Assembly: GCF_009914755.1 (NCBI RefSeq)
Contig: NC_060936.1
Source of the DNA: the human T2T-CHM13v2.0 reference genome, Homo sapiens
DNA length: 64,000 nucleotides
Direction: 5' to 3' (one strand)
In this document: positions 28,418-42,197 of the stretch, piece after piece
Position numbering within the stretch: the first letter of the stretch is position 1
Layout of the letters: each line of letters starts with the position of its first letter
Notes under the pieces: generated by a model
What the model saw: the letters and a program-made list of their open reading frames with translations, nothing else
The model's database searches: none
What the model was told of the DNA's origin: nothing
Translations under genes and position numbers: made by a program

Positions 28418-29959
28418 TCAGAAAACCATTTTAACCTTATAAGTCAAGTGGTTTTACTTTTTCTGTTGCCAATTAAATATGTGCTAAAATATTACATACT
28501 ATTTTATTCCTGAGATTCACAGCCAGGTTTTTTACAAAACACTCCTTTATATTGAACATAAGAAAAATTGTTTTCAAGTTATGGTGCTCACCAATTTACC
28601 ATCTCTTAAACAAAACAAAGTCCTTAATCCAAATAATTCTGTTTCAGGCTACTGGCACAGTTTGCTGCCTATCAGATACACTCTGGCTGCCATATCTTTC
28701 TGGTCAGCATAAATGGTCCATGCCATTCTTGCTTGAACTTTCCCTTCCACGTATCCACTTCTACATCACTGGAGCATTCACTGGACCAGGAATGTAGACT
28801 GGCAAGTCAGTGTGATGTAAGAATCCTAACCTATAAAGTACATCAGTAGACACTTTGTAGCATGTGCCGTTTATTAGGGTTTCCATTAAAAGCATTACAT
28901 TTCCATACTTTACAACCATAAAAGAGTAAATAATTTCAAAGGATTCCTTGATAGGAGACTTCTGTTTTAAATGGAACTTGGAAATATCTGGGAAATCACT
29001 GGAATAAATGTGCTTAATAGACCCAATGCTGTGAAGTTCTTTTTAACTGTTTTCTTAAGCACATAAAAAGATATAACATTTCCTCCAACATTTTTTGAAA
29101 TACATTTTGGTTTGGGGTTTTCTCTGTAACATTTGCTGTATAAATATTTCTTACAATGCTTTCATTGTTCTTTCTTTCTTTCCTTCATTCTTTCCTTCTT
29201 TCTCTTAGTGCTGAGGCTGACTTCTTAACACCAATAGATTCTGACCCCTTTCATTGCTTTAATCTGCGAGATAAATTAGAGCTTAAAATCAGAAAGTACC
29301 ATTACATGCCACTGAAGAAAACCTGCCGCACTACATGATAAGTTGGAAAACATACACTAAATGTCCCTGTTGAGATATTTCCTTATTTAGAGGAAATTCC
29401 ATCCATGGGACTAAGCAAATATTTCATCAATCTGGGCTGTGTAAGAAGCCAATACAACATTCTTTTCATGGAAAAGATTAGATCAGGCCAGTTTCAGAAT
29501 GAAATAATTTTTAAAGATATTCCTAATACCAAACATTTGAGGAAAATTTAAGTAGTCCATCATATATTCTCACATTATAATCCAATTGGAATTGTCCAGA
29601 TCAGCTGCCTTTATGGTCCTCATTCTCCAGGAAATTACATCAATTTATCTTTGATTTTGCCTGTGTAGGCACTGCATTAGATAGCACACTTTCTTTTTCC
29701 AGGACTGCATTTCTAAGCATCAGCCAAAGTACCTCAACAACACTAGCTGTCAAAGGCAAGATGATGAGTAGATTATATACCTAAGGTGAAACTGTTTGAT
29801 TATCTAATGGTACCAATTTAGAGGTCTCAGGATGGTGGGGATTAATTTTTTAAACCAAAATGTTAAGCCCTCAATAACAACCCCTGGAACCAAGAAGAGT
29901 AAGCATGGAATGTTATCAGGTGGATTTTCCTGACTTGATGAAGAAGGCACGAGTAATTG

Positions 29960-30180
29960 ATAATAGCAACTACCAGACTTGCATGCCAGGCTCTGTGCCG
30001 AATTGTTGGCCCATATCATATCATTTAATTCTTACAACCCCTCCTGATCTTTGTTTTACAGATGAGGAAATTGAGACTCAGAGAGGTTGAGTAACTTTCC
30101 CAAGGTCACAGAGTTAGTAGTGTACCTAGGATTTTAACCCAAGTCTGGCTGAGTCCAAAGCGTAAGTTCTTAACTGTCAT
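29960..30180 (-). mobile_element. MIR
   Basis: ttttacagatgaggaaattgagactcagagaggttgagtaactttcccaaggtcacag core. Confidence 0.88.
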
Positions 30181-31089
30181 GCCCAATATCCCTCTAGCTT
30201 CAGAGTCAGGCAGGGCTAGAGGACAGAGCCCAGAGCCAAACCTAAAAGGAAGGTTGACTTTTAAGGGGTGAAAATGCAGTCACGTCAAGAAGAAAGTTAT
30301 CCAACATCTGTTCACAGGGCCAAGGCCTCCTCCTGGCAGAGTAGATCTGGTTGGCAGGGAAGGAAAATTGGAGTTGCATGAGGAGCATCTTGGATCTGGG
30401 AAAAAGACCTAAAGTCTGAGTACTATCAAGTGGGAGAGGAGGAAAAGCTATATGCCTCCCTCTGGTACTGACACAGGCTTAAGCAACTGCGTGGTGGAAA
30501 GCTGGTGGATTCATCTAGCTCAGATGGCAAGTAAAAAGGAATGAAGGCAAAGAATGACAATCCAAAGCATGTCTCAAGGTGATCACTGCATGCGGACACT
30601 ATCTGGGAGAGGCTGGGAAAGGGAGCAAAAGAGGAATCCAGGGGAATTAATCACTTGCCTGCCAAGGAGATGCAGTTCAGAAACCAAAGGGAAAAGCAGG
30701 GCTCGCTCCCACAAAGCACTCAATCTCCCAAAAGAAAAAGCATAAATAGAGTCATATTTGCCAATGAAGGTTTCTAAATGTTTAAACTAGCTGGTAACAC
30801 CGCACAGATGGAGAAACTAATGCTTGCGGAAGTTAATGATTTGTACCGTAGTCACTCGGTGAGTCGGAGATAGAGCAGATGTAAACCCCCAATCTCTGGA
30901 CTCCCAGATCTGCACATAAACTATCAAAAATACAAACCTTCTAGCCCTGAAATCTGCCCAGCCCTTTTTCTACTGTGTGGTCCCTGTCAACCTTCAACAT
31001 TGTACTACACAGAAGGGATTTCTTTCCCCTTACACAGTTTCTAAGTCTTGGTTAGCTACATGACTGGGTTTCTGCATTTTTTCTTTTAT

Positions 31090-31410
31090 TCTTTCATTCA
31101 TTCTACAAATATTTATTGAATTTTTACTATGCACAAGGCACTGTTCTAGACGCTGGGAACACAGTGGTGAACAAGACAGAGATCTTGCTTTCCTCTAATG
31201 CTGATTCTGGGAGGGGCAGGCAGACAATGAACAACAAACAAGAAAATATCAGAATAAAAGTGTTAGACAGAAAACAGAGCAGAGTGATGGGATGGAAAGT
31301 AACAGCAGGAAATAACTTAGATTGAGTGGTCAAGAATGGCCTCTTAGGGGAGGAGATTTTGAGCTGAGACCTGAATGCCCCCAAAAAGCCAGCCACATGA
31401 AGATGGGAGA
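31090..31410 (-). mobile_element. L2 3' end
   Basis: ttcattcattctacaaatatttattgaatttttactatgcacaaggcactgttctag. Confidence 0.8.
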
Positions 31411-31928
31411 AAAGCAGATTTTTCAGTCAAAATACACACGTATAGATTTCCCAGTTACGCACTCTGTAACCTGTTTTTTCAGCTACTCAAGATAACTTAT
31501 TAGATTGCCAGTGAATGAAAGTGTCATCCTATGAGGAATAAAGCAACACATTTTATTCTAAATTTTAAAGTTTCATTAGCAAGCTTTGATATTTTGACTA
31601 TTAATTTTTATTAATCTGAAATTCCCTACTCATTTTACAACAGATTAAGACACAGCAGTCTTATCAGAGGTTAGTACACAAAGGAATTAAGAGGCTCACT
31701 GAAGAGCTCAAGGGCATGACAAATGTTTCATCCAGATTATGCTCAAATTCATCTGCACAATAGATACTACACATTATGTGGTCCACCACCGTCACTACCT
31801 TGCCCCATTTTATTCTAACCGGCCTCCCAGATCTCCAGCAAACAAGGTGATCCTTTCAAAAAGAAACTGCAATCATGTCTCTCCACCGCTAACCTCACTC
31901 TAAATTACAACATTCTGCAATTGTGGAT

Positions 31929-32671
31929 TGTTATGGGCTGAATTACATCCCCCCAAAATTCAAACATTGAGGCCTGTATTAGTCTATTCTCACGCTGCTA
32001 ATAAAGACATATCTGAGACTGGGTAATTTATAAAGTTAAGAGGTTTAATTGACTCACACTTCCACATGGCTGGGGAGGCCTCACAATCATGGAGGAAGGC
32101 GAGTGAGGAGCAAAGTTACATCTTAGGTGGCGGCCGGTAAGAGAGCTTGTATACGGGAACTCCCGTTTATAAAATCATCAGATCTCGTGAGACTTATTCA
32201 CTATCACAAGAACAGGACGGGGGAAACCGCCCACATGATTCAATTATCTCCACCTGGCCCCGCCCTTGACACGTGGGGATTATTACAACTCAAGGTGAGA
32301 TTTTTGGTGGGGACACAGCCAAACCATATCAAGGCCCTAAACCCTAACGTGACTATATTGGGAGATTAGGGCCTTTAAGGAGATAATTAAGGCTAAATGA
32401 GGTCAAAAGGGAGGGTTCCTATCCAATAGGACAAGTGTCTTTATGAAAAGAAGAGACACCAGAGATCTTTCTCTACATGCTCATAGAGAAAAGGTCGTGG
32501 GAAAACACAGCGAGAGGGTGGCCGTCTGAAAGTCAGAAAGAGCTGCCTCACTGGACATCAACTCCGATAGCACCTTATCTAGCACTTCTAGCCCCTAGAA
32601 TTGCGGGAAAATAAATGTCTGTTGTTTAAGCCGCCCAGTCTGTTGCATTGTTATGGTCCCCTGGCAAACAC
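31929..32671 (+). mobile_element. MLT1A/B MaLR LTR, interrupted by THE1
   Basis: tgttatgggctgaattacatccccccaaaattca ... aataaatgtctgttgtttaagccgcccagtctg. Confidence 0.85.
31975..32331 (-). mobile_element. THE1 (B/C-like) solo LTR
   Basis: tgtattagtc...ccaaaccatatca; 5-bp TSD aggcc at 31970-31974 and 32332-32336. Confidence 0.92.
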
Positions 32672-32679
32672 ATGCGTGG

Positions 32680-33558
32680 TTGTTGACCATCTACTCACCT
32701 CACTTTCCTCTGCCTCTCTCCTGCTTTGCTCCCCTCGCCCACTCATTCCAGACACGCTGGTGGCCCTGTTCCCTGTGCCTGAAGGATTCCTCCCAGAATA
32801 CCCACGGGGATCTCCCTTTCTCCCTCTTCAGGGCTTTGCTCAAACGTCCCTTCCCAGCGAGACTTTCTCTCACCACCTGTATTTAAAATCATGAAACCTC
32901 CCCTCCTCCACAGCTCATTCCATTTCCCTCCTCTATTACTCTTCACGGTACTTATCCCCTGTCAATAAATAATAGCCACGTAATTTATTTATTTGGGTGC
33001 ATTGTTTGCCTCCTCCCACTATGATATAAGCTCCATGAGGGCAGGGAGTGTTGCCGTCCTGTATCCTGTCAGATGAGGACAGAGTAGAGGAGTGTGCAAG
33101 TGTATATGGGAAAGAGAGAGAGACTGAGAGAGAGAGAGAGGGAAAGAGAGAGGGAAAAGATGACCAGTCAGATCAAGATTTTGCCCACTGGAGGCAGTTC
33201 TTTTGAGCTCTTTGACCCAAATTTACTAGATATGGACTTATAAATGCTAATAACATAACAAAAAATACTATAAATAGTTCACAGTGCAATGAGGAGGTAC
33301 TATGCCCAATACCTGGCAGAGGGCCTGTTACAAAGGAGAGGTTCAGTGATTATTTTTTGAACCGAATGGTTATTGTCACCATGACCAGAATCTCCATAAT
33401 CTAGTGACCTGCCCCCATTATTATCATCTGATTATGAGAAAGGGTTTCATCATTTGGAAATGTCACAGGTCATTGGGAGCAGTGTCTTATGTGCTGACAG
33501 TGACCAGCATAGTGCCTGACTTGTGGTAGACTCCCGGTAAATATTTGTGGAATTAATC
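32680..33558 (+). mobile_element. L2 3' region, split at ~33067/33499 by a non-L2 insert
   Basis: taagctccatgagggcaggg...ctgtatcct | accagcatagtgcctgac...taaatatttgtggaattaat. Confidence 0.75.
33089..33498 (+). repeat. Ancient dispersed duplicate of 37631-37713 plus 38655-38936
   Basis: Collinear blocks cagtcagatcaa(g/t)attttgc, caatga(g/a)gaggtacta, tcatc(t/c)gatta, gtcttatgtgctgac; roughly 70% identity by eye. Confidence 0.85.
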
Positions 33559-33564
33559 GAATTT

Positions 33565-34487
33565 TTTTTTTACATTTATCGGTTTAACATAAAAGAAATT
33601 GCAAAGAATCAGATGAAAAGATGCATAGGGCAAGGCATGTGGAAAGGGACACAGAGCTCCCATGCCTTGTCTGGGTGTGCCCCGTGCCAAGAACCTCCGC
33701 ATGTTCAGTTATCCAGAAGTGCATCCGATCTCCGTCCTTTGCGGTTTTTACAGTGGCTTCATTACATAGGCATGATTGATTAAATAATTGGCTGTTGGTG
33801 ATCAACTTGACTTTCAGTCCCTCTCTCCTTCCCAGAGGTTGAAGGGTGGGGCTGAAGTCCCAACCCTCTAATCCTGCCTTGGTCTTTCCTGTGACCAGCC
33901 CTCATCCTGAAGCCATCTAAAGGTTGCCAGTCACCAGTAATCTCATTAGCATTCAAAAACACACTTATTACTTTGGAGATTCCAAGGACTTTAGAAGCTG
34001 AATGCCAGGAAACAAGGACCCAATATATATCCCATAAAATAACAGTTCACTCCCTATCCTCCAACACAGATCCCTTACATTAAAAAAATGTACAACTCAA
34101 ATGGTACTGGCAAATTATTGGAATCCCATTTAATCTTTAATAATTAGTCCAGTCCACTCTTATGTCATGTGAATATGTCTCTCAGAGCAAGGCCACTCAG
34201 GTTTGCAGCCTTCTCATTCAATCTTGTCAGGGTCCAAGAGCAAGAGTAGTCTCAGCAAACATAGAGCTTTACCCTTTCTGGCATCTGGCATAGTTGAGCT
34301 GAAAGACAATGTCATCTCTTGCTCTGAGCCTCTTTGGAAGTGTTGATATAATATTGGATTTCTCTTATTACATACCATTTATTCATTACTTTTTTATATG
34401 ACCTTATTTGAAGATATTATTCATTTCTTTAACCTCATATACTATTTCTCCTTCTCTTCATTTATACCTAAACTTTTCCGCCTTTGC
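33565..34487 (-). mobile_element. MER21-like LTR with adjoining internal sequence
   Basis: gatgcatagggcaaggcatgtggaaaggg...ggcttcattacataggcatgattgattaaa...ttactttggagattccaagg. Confidence 0.75.
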
Positions 34488-34507
34488 TAACATAGCAGAA
34501 AATCTGA

Positions 34508-34554
34508 CAGGACAAAAATACGTAGACACTACTCCTTTAGATGTTAATTTTAAG
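34508..34554 (+). repeat. 47-bp direct duplicate of 35908-35954
   Basis: caggacaaaaatacgtagacact(a/c)ctcc(t/g)ttagatgttaattttaag, 2 mismatches, 1400 bp apart. Confidence 0.95.
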
Positions 34555-35231
34555 TAACTTTTCAATACTGCCCATTATCCTAATATTCCTTTCAGTAAAT
34601 AAGCTTTGCTTATTCTGCTTGGCTCTGAGCATAATGTTCAGATTGGTTCAAATAAAAAAAGCCACCATATTTTTATCCTTGGGAATAAGAAAACAGAATT
34701 TCTTACATGGTAGAAAGGAAAAACGTCACTACAAAATGTAATTATAGCATTTTACAATATGCATCGCACAAACTGTATAAAACACACAAAGTACATCTAC
34801 TAAAACTTTGTTCTAAAACAATTTTTTAAGTGAGCTAGTTTTCAATGCAGTCGAGATTACTGAGTTAAAAAAAAGATTGAGAAGGATTGAGAAGGAGCTT
34901 TGCATAAACAAAAACTCTATCTGCAAATAATTATTCCTTAATCCTAAGAGCTGGGGTAGCTTTCCTTTGTTTATTAGCTTTTTTTTTTGTTTTTTAATGG
35001 AAGTGATTTTCTTAGAGTAGAAAGTTTAGTATCAGAATTGGCTGTGTTGTATATATGGTAGTCACTTTTCAGATATTTTCCTGTCTGTTGGTTTAGGGGC
35101 TCTTTCTCCACACCCACCCTCAAGGCTACCTCTATCTCCACCTAGCCTCTGAATATCTCCACCAAAGAGCAAATCAGTTGACTGAAGGTGAGTAAAAATT
35201 CCATGGGGTTGGTAGTTAAAACTATTGACCA

Positions 35232-35603
<372 letters not shown>

Positions 35604-37713
35604 TTAAACTGACTACCTGAATTATATGACTATCTACATCTTTTCAGAGGGTAGAGTGATTTCTTCCTCAATCTAATAAAATTTATATTACTATATCCTT
35701 AACCCATAAGTGGGTATGTTGAGTACAACTTTAAAATATTTTTTTACTTTGAGAGATTACATGTTTAGGTTTTAATGTGTTTCTTGTTTTGTTTATTGTT
35801 TAGGCAAAGTCAAAAAACTAACCTTATCGGTCTGGCATTTGTTTAAATTTTTATTTGCACAGCAAACATTATTCAGCGCTGTGTTAGTATTAAAATATGA
35901 GAAACACCAGGACAAAAATACGTAGACACTCCTCCGTTAGATGTTAATTTTAAGCAGCAGAAAAAGCCAAATTCTGCGTTCAGTATGCAGAGAAATAAGG
36001 AAAAGAAGTAACAGAAAGAGGTTAATGTGGGCTGAGACCACTTGAGGGCATTTGAGCACCTTTGCATTCCATGCTAATAAAGTGACAGAAGTTAGAAAGT
36101 TGGCCTATCTTTGAAGATCAACGTATATATATAGATATATGAATAGAGGAGATACATTTTATATCTGCTCCAGAACTCATTTTGGATTTTTTTCAACATC
36201 CTTCCGACAACATCCTTCCGAAAGAGATCAAAGTTGAAACTATTAGTAAATAATAAAATTAAGTCAATAGGTTATTAAATACCACATCCAAGTTATCAAA
36301 AATTGAAGTACAGAGTAAAAAAGGAAAAAGTATACTACATACAATGAGATTATATGAGTCTCCAGACCCCCATTTCTGCAAAAAGCTCATCAAATATTCA
36401 TAAATCTAAGTAACTTCCCAGTAGGACATCTCCCAAACAAAGTGTAGGTGAACACAGAAAGCTGAAATACATAAAAACAGAATTTGGGTGTCTACTTTGA
36501 CTGTCTGGAATTTGTTAGGAAGCAGAAATGCCACCAAAATGGAAATTGCACACAGGGAAAAAAATCCCACTGTGCTTTTATCCAGCTAGGTTGGAAATGA
36601 TGTAATAAATGCACCATAATTTATGTACATAAATGTGTGGGTAACTCATCCAGGGAGTGGCAAGTGCAGAATTTTAGTGGAAAAAAATAGTGTACATCAA
36701 AGAAATTTGACCAGCGGCCAACAACCATTAATCTCTTCATGAACTCTTAAATATATAGATGCCAAATAAAACTTGTCATTTTATTCCATCTCTCAAAGCA
36801 ATACATTCTTATTTATGAAGTTATGAGAGAACATAACATTATACCTTATTTGACATACAACACACACAGAGCATACAGCAACCTTGAGAAGATTTCCTTC
36901 ATAAAAATGAGAACATTGATAAATCAACAGCCATACACCTCAAGGATAATGGTTTAAGTCTGACCATAGTCCTCAAACTTAATGTGATTGTGATCTTCAT
37001 TCATCTTTCCATAGTCAGCAGCCCACATCACAGAAACCACTGTATGTGATACATCACCACCAGCCAGCTTGCTAACCAGGACAGACTTCAAATAAAGATA
37101 GCGTTGAATTCTTTCAGATGTGGAGGCATGAGAGAAAATATCAGAATTAAAGTCAAATACTTTAAGTATCACACTAAAAGAAAACATTTGTGTAGCTGTC
37201 CAGAAAACCTATGAGTTGTTGGCTGTAGTTCCTACAGAACTATGGCATTCCGTGTGTGGACATTGTTAAGTGATAAACCTTTCCATTGATGTGGCTTTGC
37301 CAGAAGCCACTTAGCATGCTTTAAATTCATAGCTTGATAGGTTTCCATGGAGAGCTTCCTTTAAAGGTATTTCCTTCTTTGGATTTCTACAGTTCTGTAT
37401 CTTATACACCTCAGCAATATAACATAATGTGTTACTTATTACTATTTTTGAAATGAATAACCAATATTTCCCACCTTGAAATATACTTCAGCAAAGTCTA
37501 GATCAAAACATTTCTGTTTATCGGGACATGGATTCAAGAAGTCTTGCAGATAATAATTTAAAATATACGCAAGTAATGGTAGAGTTATATGATTGTCTTT
37601 CCCACTGCAACCTCAATAAATATTTATAATGGAGTGTGTGTGGGGTGGGGTGTAGAGGGAGAGAGGGAGAAAAAAAAAGAGAGAGAGTCAGTCAGATCAA
37701 TATTTTGCTACTT

Positions 37714-38642
37714 GAAAACATACAAATAGCCAGTAGGCTTATGAAAAATGCTCAACATCAGTAATTATCAGGGAAATGAAAATTAAAATGACAATGAGCT
37801 CCCATCTCATCCCTGTTAGAACAGCTATTATCAAAAAGACAAAAGATAAAAAATGTTGGCAAAGATGTAGAGAAAAGGGAACGCTTCTACACTGTTGGTA
37901 GAAATGTAAGTTAGTATAGCCATTGTGGAAAATAGTGTGGAGGCACCTCAAAAAAACAAAAATAGAATTTGCATATCATCCAGCAATCTCACTTCTGGGT
38001 ATATACCCAAAGGAAGTGAAATCAGCACCTCAGAGTGATATCTGTGCCCTCATGTTCATTGCAGCAGTATTCACAATAGCCAAGATACGGAATAAACATA
38101 AATGTCCATCAACAGATGAATGAATTAAAAAATGTAGTGGAATACTATTCAACTTTTAAAAAGAAGAAAATTCTGTCATTTTCAATAACATGGATGAATT
38201 TGGAGAACATTGTGCTAAGTGAAATCAGCCAGGTGCAAAAAAAACAAATACCACAAGATCTCACTTATATGTGGAATCTGAAAAAATCAAACTCATGGAC
38301 ATAGAGGGTAGAATGGTGATTACCAGAGGCTGAGGGGCAGGGTGGGGAGAATAGAATGGGGAGATGTTGGTGAAAGGAGACAAAGTTTCAGTTATACAGG
38401 AGCAATAAGTTTCGAGATCTGTTACACAGCATGGTAACCAGTTAATAATGTATCACATGTTTCAAAATTGCTTTAAAAAGTAGATTGTAAATGTTCTCAC
38501 TACATAAAAATGGTAACTATGTAAGGTGATAAAAATGTTAATTAGCTTGATATAATCATGCTACAATGTTTTTATATATCAAAACATCACATTGTACCCC
38601 ATAAATATATACAATTATTATTTCTCAATTCAAAATAAAAAT
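37714..38642 (+). mobile_element. L1MA-type 3' end (ORF2 C-terminus plus 3'UTR)
   Basis: atgaaaaatgctcaacatca...ccagcaatctcacttctgggtatatacccaaagg...cacattgtaccccataaatatatac. Confidence 0.92.
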
Positions 38643-39696
38643 TTGAGTTAAGAAAAGATTTTACTCTGGCTGAACTTACAAATGTGAATGAAATAAAATA
38701 ACAAAGAAAGAGTTCAAAGTACAATGAAGAGGTACTACTGCCCGGCACCTGGAAGAAGACCTCTCACAAAGTAGAAGTTCAACAAATACTTTTTAACAAA
38801 ATAGTTGTTGTTAACATAAGCCATCATCTACATGATCTAATGACACCCTGCCAGTTACCATCATCCGATTACGAAAAAGATTTTCATCATATATAGAAAC
38901 TTCCCAGGTCAGCAAGGGCAGGTCTTATGTGCTGACCCAGGCCTGCTCATAGCAACCAACCCTGCTGGTCTTGAGAAATGAATTTGCTCATCTTCTCCAA
39001 AGTGGTCCAAAAGTTAATACCTTGTAAGAAATGTTATGAGATAAATAATTCTCGCCTGATGTTTCCATTTGCCCAGAGTCAGAGTACATAACCTAATCCC
39101 AAGACTCCTAAAACACATGAAAATTAGACCTGTAGTGAGACCACGAGGCATCAGAATCCACGATCGTCCTTCCAAGTTCAGACGATGCTGTAGCATCAAC
39201 CCACACACAATGTTTGCTTTGTAGGTCTGTATTTTCCAGGAAGCAAAAGGAACAGGAAACCAACGAAATCAGCATCGTTGACCAATTATTCAGGGCTAGT
39301 CCTTGCTCTCTTTCTCTTGGTTAGTGGCTATTTCTGGCAGTTCCTAAAACCGAGGCAGCCAATGTCATCACTGTGGAAATATGGATTGTGAGTGGCACTT
39401 AGATAGCAACCAGCTGGGGGCTATATATTAACAAGTGCAAGAATGGGAGCAGAAACAGTGTACAGAGACCCAGAATGTGCCAAAAGATGGCAACTCACCC
39501 CCTGGGGTCCAAAACAGATCCAACTGAGAGACAGAGAGAATGATTGTCTTCTCCACAAAACTGCCTCTCACAGAGCACAGAACCCTTTAGATTTATGCAT
39601 GTGTTTTGACAAAACTGGATGGTTTCTATCATCTAGGAACACTGGAAGGGTCCCATTGGGAGGCAAACAATTTAAATAGGTCAACTTTTTAAAAAA

Positions 39697-39793
39697 TTTT
39701 ATTATTATTATACTTTAAGTTTTAGGGTACGTGTGCACAACGTGCAGGTTTGTTACATATGTATACATGTGCCATGTTGGTGTGCTGCACCCA
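39697..39793 (-). mobile_element. Young L1PA (PA2/PA3-like) 3'-terminal ~100 bp
   Basis: attattatactttaagttttagggtacgtgtgcacaacgtgcaggtttgttacatatgtatacatgtgccatgttggtgtgctgcaccca; imperfect TSD caactttt... Confidence 0.92.
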
Positions 39794-41302
39794 ACTTTTA
39801 AGAAGTTTCAGCATCCCAAGGTGTCCAAAGTCACACACCAACACCAAACCTTTGTGCACCTGGATGCTACATGCCACCCAAAAAGGTCCCCTACTAATCT
39901 CTCACATTCTGTCCCAGCCTCTAATTCAGCCATCAGAGAGCCAGCTCCTCTCGCTGGCCACAATAAAGCCAATTCATGTCAGTTTATTGCTCTTCAATGG
40001 ATGTTAGTTCCATTTTTTAATTACATGTTTATGTATGTGAATGCTTTCCATATTCACTACCCAGAATTTACTTACTCAGCAGTTTCTTAAGATTCCAAGC
40101 GTGCAGACCATTGAATTCACATGGTTTGATTACTGAGTAATTCTTAAAGTCTCTTTACTGGAGTGTGACATTTATCTAAAGTCAAATCTAGAAAGAAAAA
40201 AATATATGTGATGGTGATAAACTACTATTGAAACAGAATCCTAACATGAGATGTTAAACAATAGAGCATTGTAAATAATACCCTCCCCAAAAGGTTCTCT
40301 GTGATAGCCGCAGCTAAGGAAAACATATGATAACAATAATATGATTTCCATAACCCAACAGTCCTTTCACCACCTGTTCCATGTGGGGATGATATGCAAT
40401 AGCTCTGCTCTGCATTTTTTTTTTGTTAAAAAATAAATTCTTTCTCACAAATAATAAATTTATAGCCAGGGAATTTCTTTATGACTTAAGCTTTCATTTC
40501 TTTAACTTACTGCTTTTAGGGACATAAATTCTATTAGCCTCTGTGTGGAAAGTTCGTTAGGGCAACTTGAGATCAGTGGGAATTGGTAAAAGTCTTATGG
40601 TTTAAGATGAAAACATGCAATTCACTTAGAGTCTTTTCAGTGCTCTACAATATTCCTGGCCATTTCAACCCAATATGTGAATTCAAACTACTTCAGTCAA
40701 CATTAAATTAGGCAATAGTCTACATTAATTCATTACATTTAAGTAAAGAAAGATGAGCTGAAAAAAAAATAACATGGCATGCAAGAATGTGTATGTCATG
40801 TCAACCAGCTGAATATGCATTTCAGAATACCATACCCTTATTTACATTTTAGAAACGGTTTCATTCTTAAAACTATTTGTGTTAAAATCAATTCATTCTT
40901 CCAGTGCTTGAATACAAATAGGGCCCATATGATAACAGAGATAATCCATGTATATAGTTTATTTTACTTAAGCAAACACTTCAGTGATTTTTTAAAAATC
41001 AACACTGTCCAGGCAATTAAATGTTTTCTTTAAAAGAAATTATTTGAAAAATACTGGAATTTATCTTGTTGTCTGTACATCAATAGTAAGTTAATAACTT
41101 TGAACTTAAAAAATATAAACTGTTATCCCTTTCCTTTTGTTTAGAGACCTTTTCTTTATAGTCTACACTGGTACTATGCAAACGGTGTTCCCTGGACAGT
41201 GCTGGCCCTGGGTGGATTGGCACCACACTGCAATGAGTTGAGCAAAACTGTGAGTGAGCACTTAGAAACTTTTCTAGTCATCTGACATGAAATTTTTTTG
41301 TC

Positions 41303-41616
<314 letters not shown>

Positions 41617-41842
41617 TGAATCTGATATTAAATATGAGAGGCTTGCATTTTGTACGATTTGGGGTGTTTTTAAATTTAATTTTTCTAGAAATACATTTTT
41701 GTTACATTTGATTAAAACACCAGTTTGTGGCTGATTGGACACTTAAAAACTGGTCCTTTGCCACAGATAGTTTGAGAAGCTTGAGTCTAAACTATAAAGT
41801 GATCTGGATGGTCAGGTAACTGTTTTGTGAATTAAATGTACA

Positions 41843-41843
<1 letters not shown>

Positions 41844-41882
<39 letters not shown>

Positions 41883-41891
41883 ACACACACA
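41844..41891. repeat. (CA)17TA(CA)6 microsatellite
   Basis: Direct reading. Confidence 0.97.
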
Positions 41892-42052
41892 TTATCTATA
41901 TAACAGAACAGCCAACTCAGCAGAAACAAAGCTCAAAGCTCTGTAAACTCATTTCCTCAGTATCTCCAGATGTGCCACAGCTGAGGGAGTGTTCAGAAAT
42001 AGGAATGGTTTGATTACATGATTGAAGCGAATGGATTTGTTATGTCTTGATC

Positions 42053-42197
42053 CTTTTTCTTCCTTCCTTCCCCTCTCCTTTCCTTCTCCCTTCCTTCCTC
42101 TCCATCTCTTCCCTCCCTCCTCCCTTTCTTTCTTCCCTTCTTTCCTCCCTTCCTCTTTTCCTTCCTTCCCTCCCTTCTTTTCTTCTTTTTCCTTTCC
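42053..42197. repeat. Polypyrimidine (CCTT/CT-rich) low-complexity tract
   Basis: ~145 nt, almost all C/T. Confidence 0.93.

Noticed and set aside
37739-38304. ORFs resembling the L1 ORF2 C-terminus
   Set aside because: Fragmented and frameshifted remnant of a dead L1MA
39400-39435. GATA, E-box and TATA-like string (agatag...cagctg...ctatatatta); similar attgg/tataaat at ~43465-43485
   Set aside because: No CpG island, downstream exon structure or other support; does not fit the MEF2 consensus exactly; such motifs are common by chance
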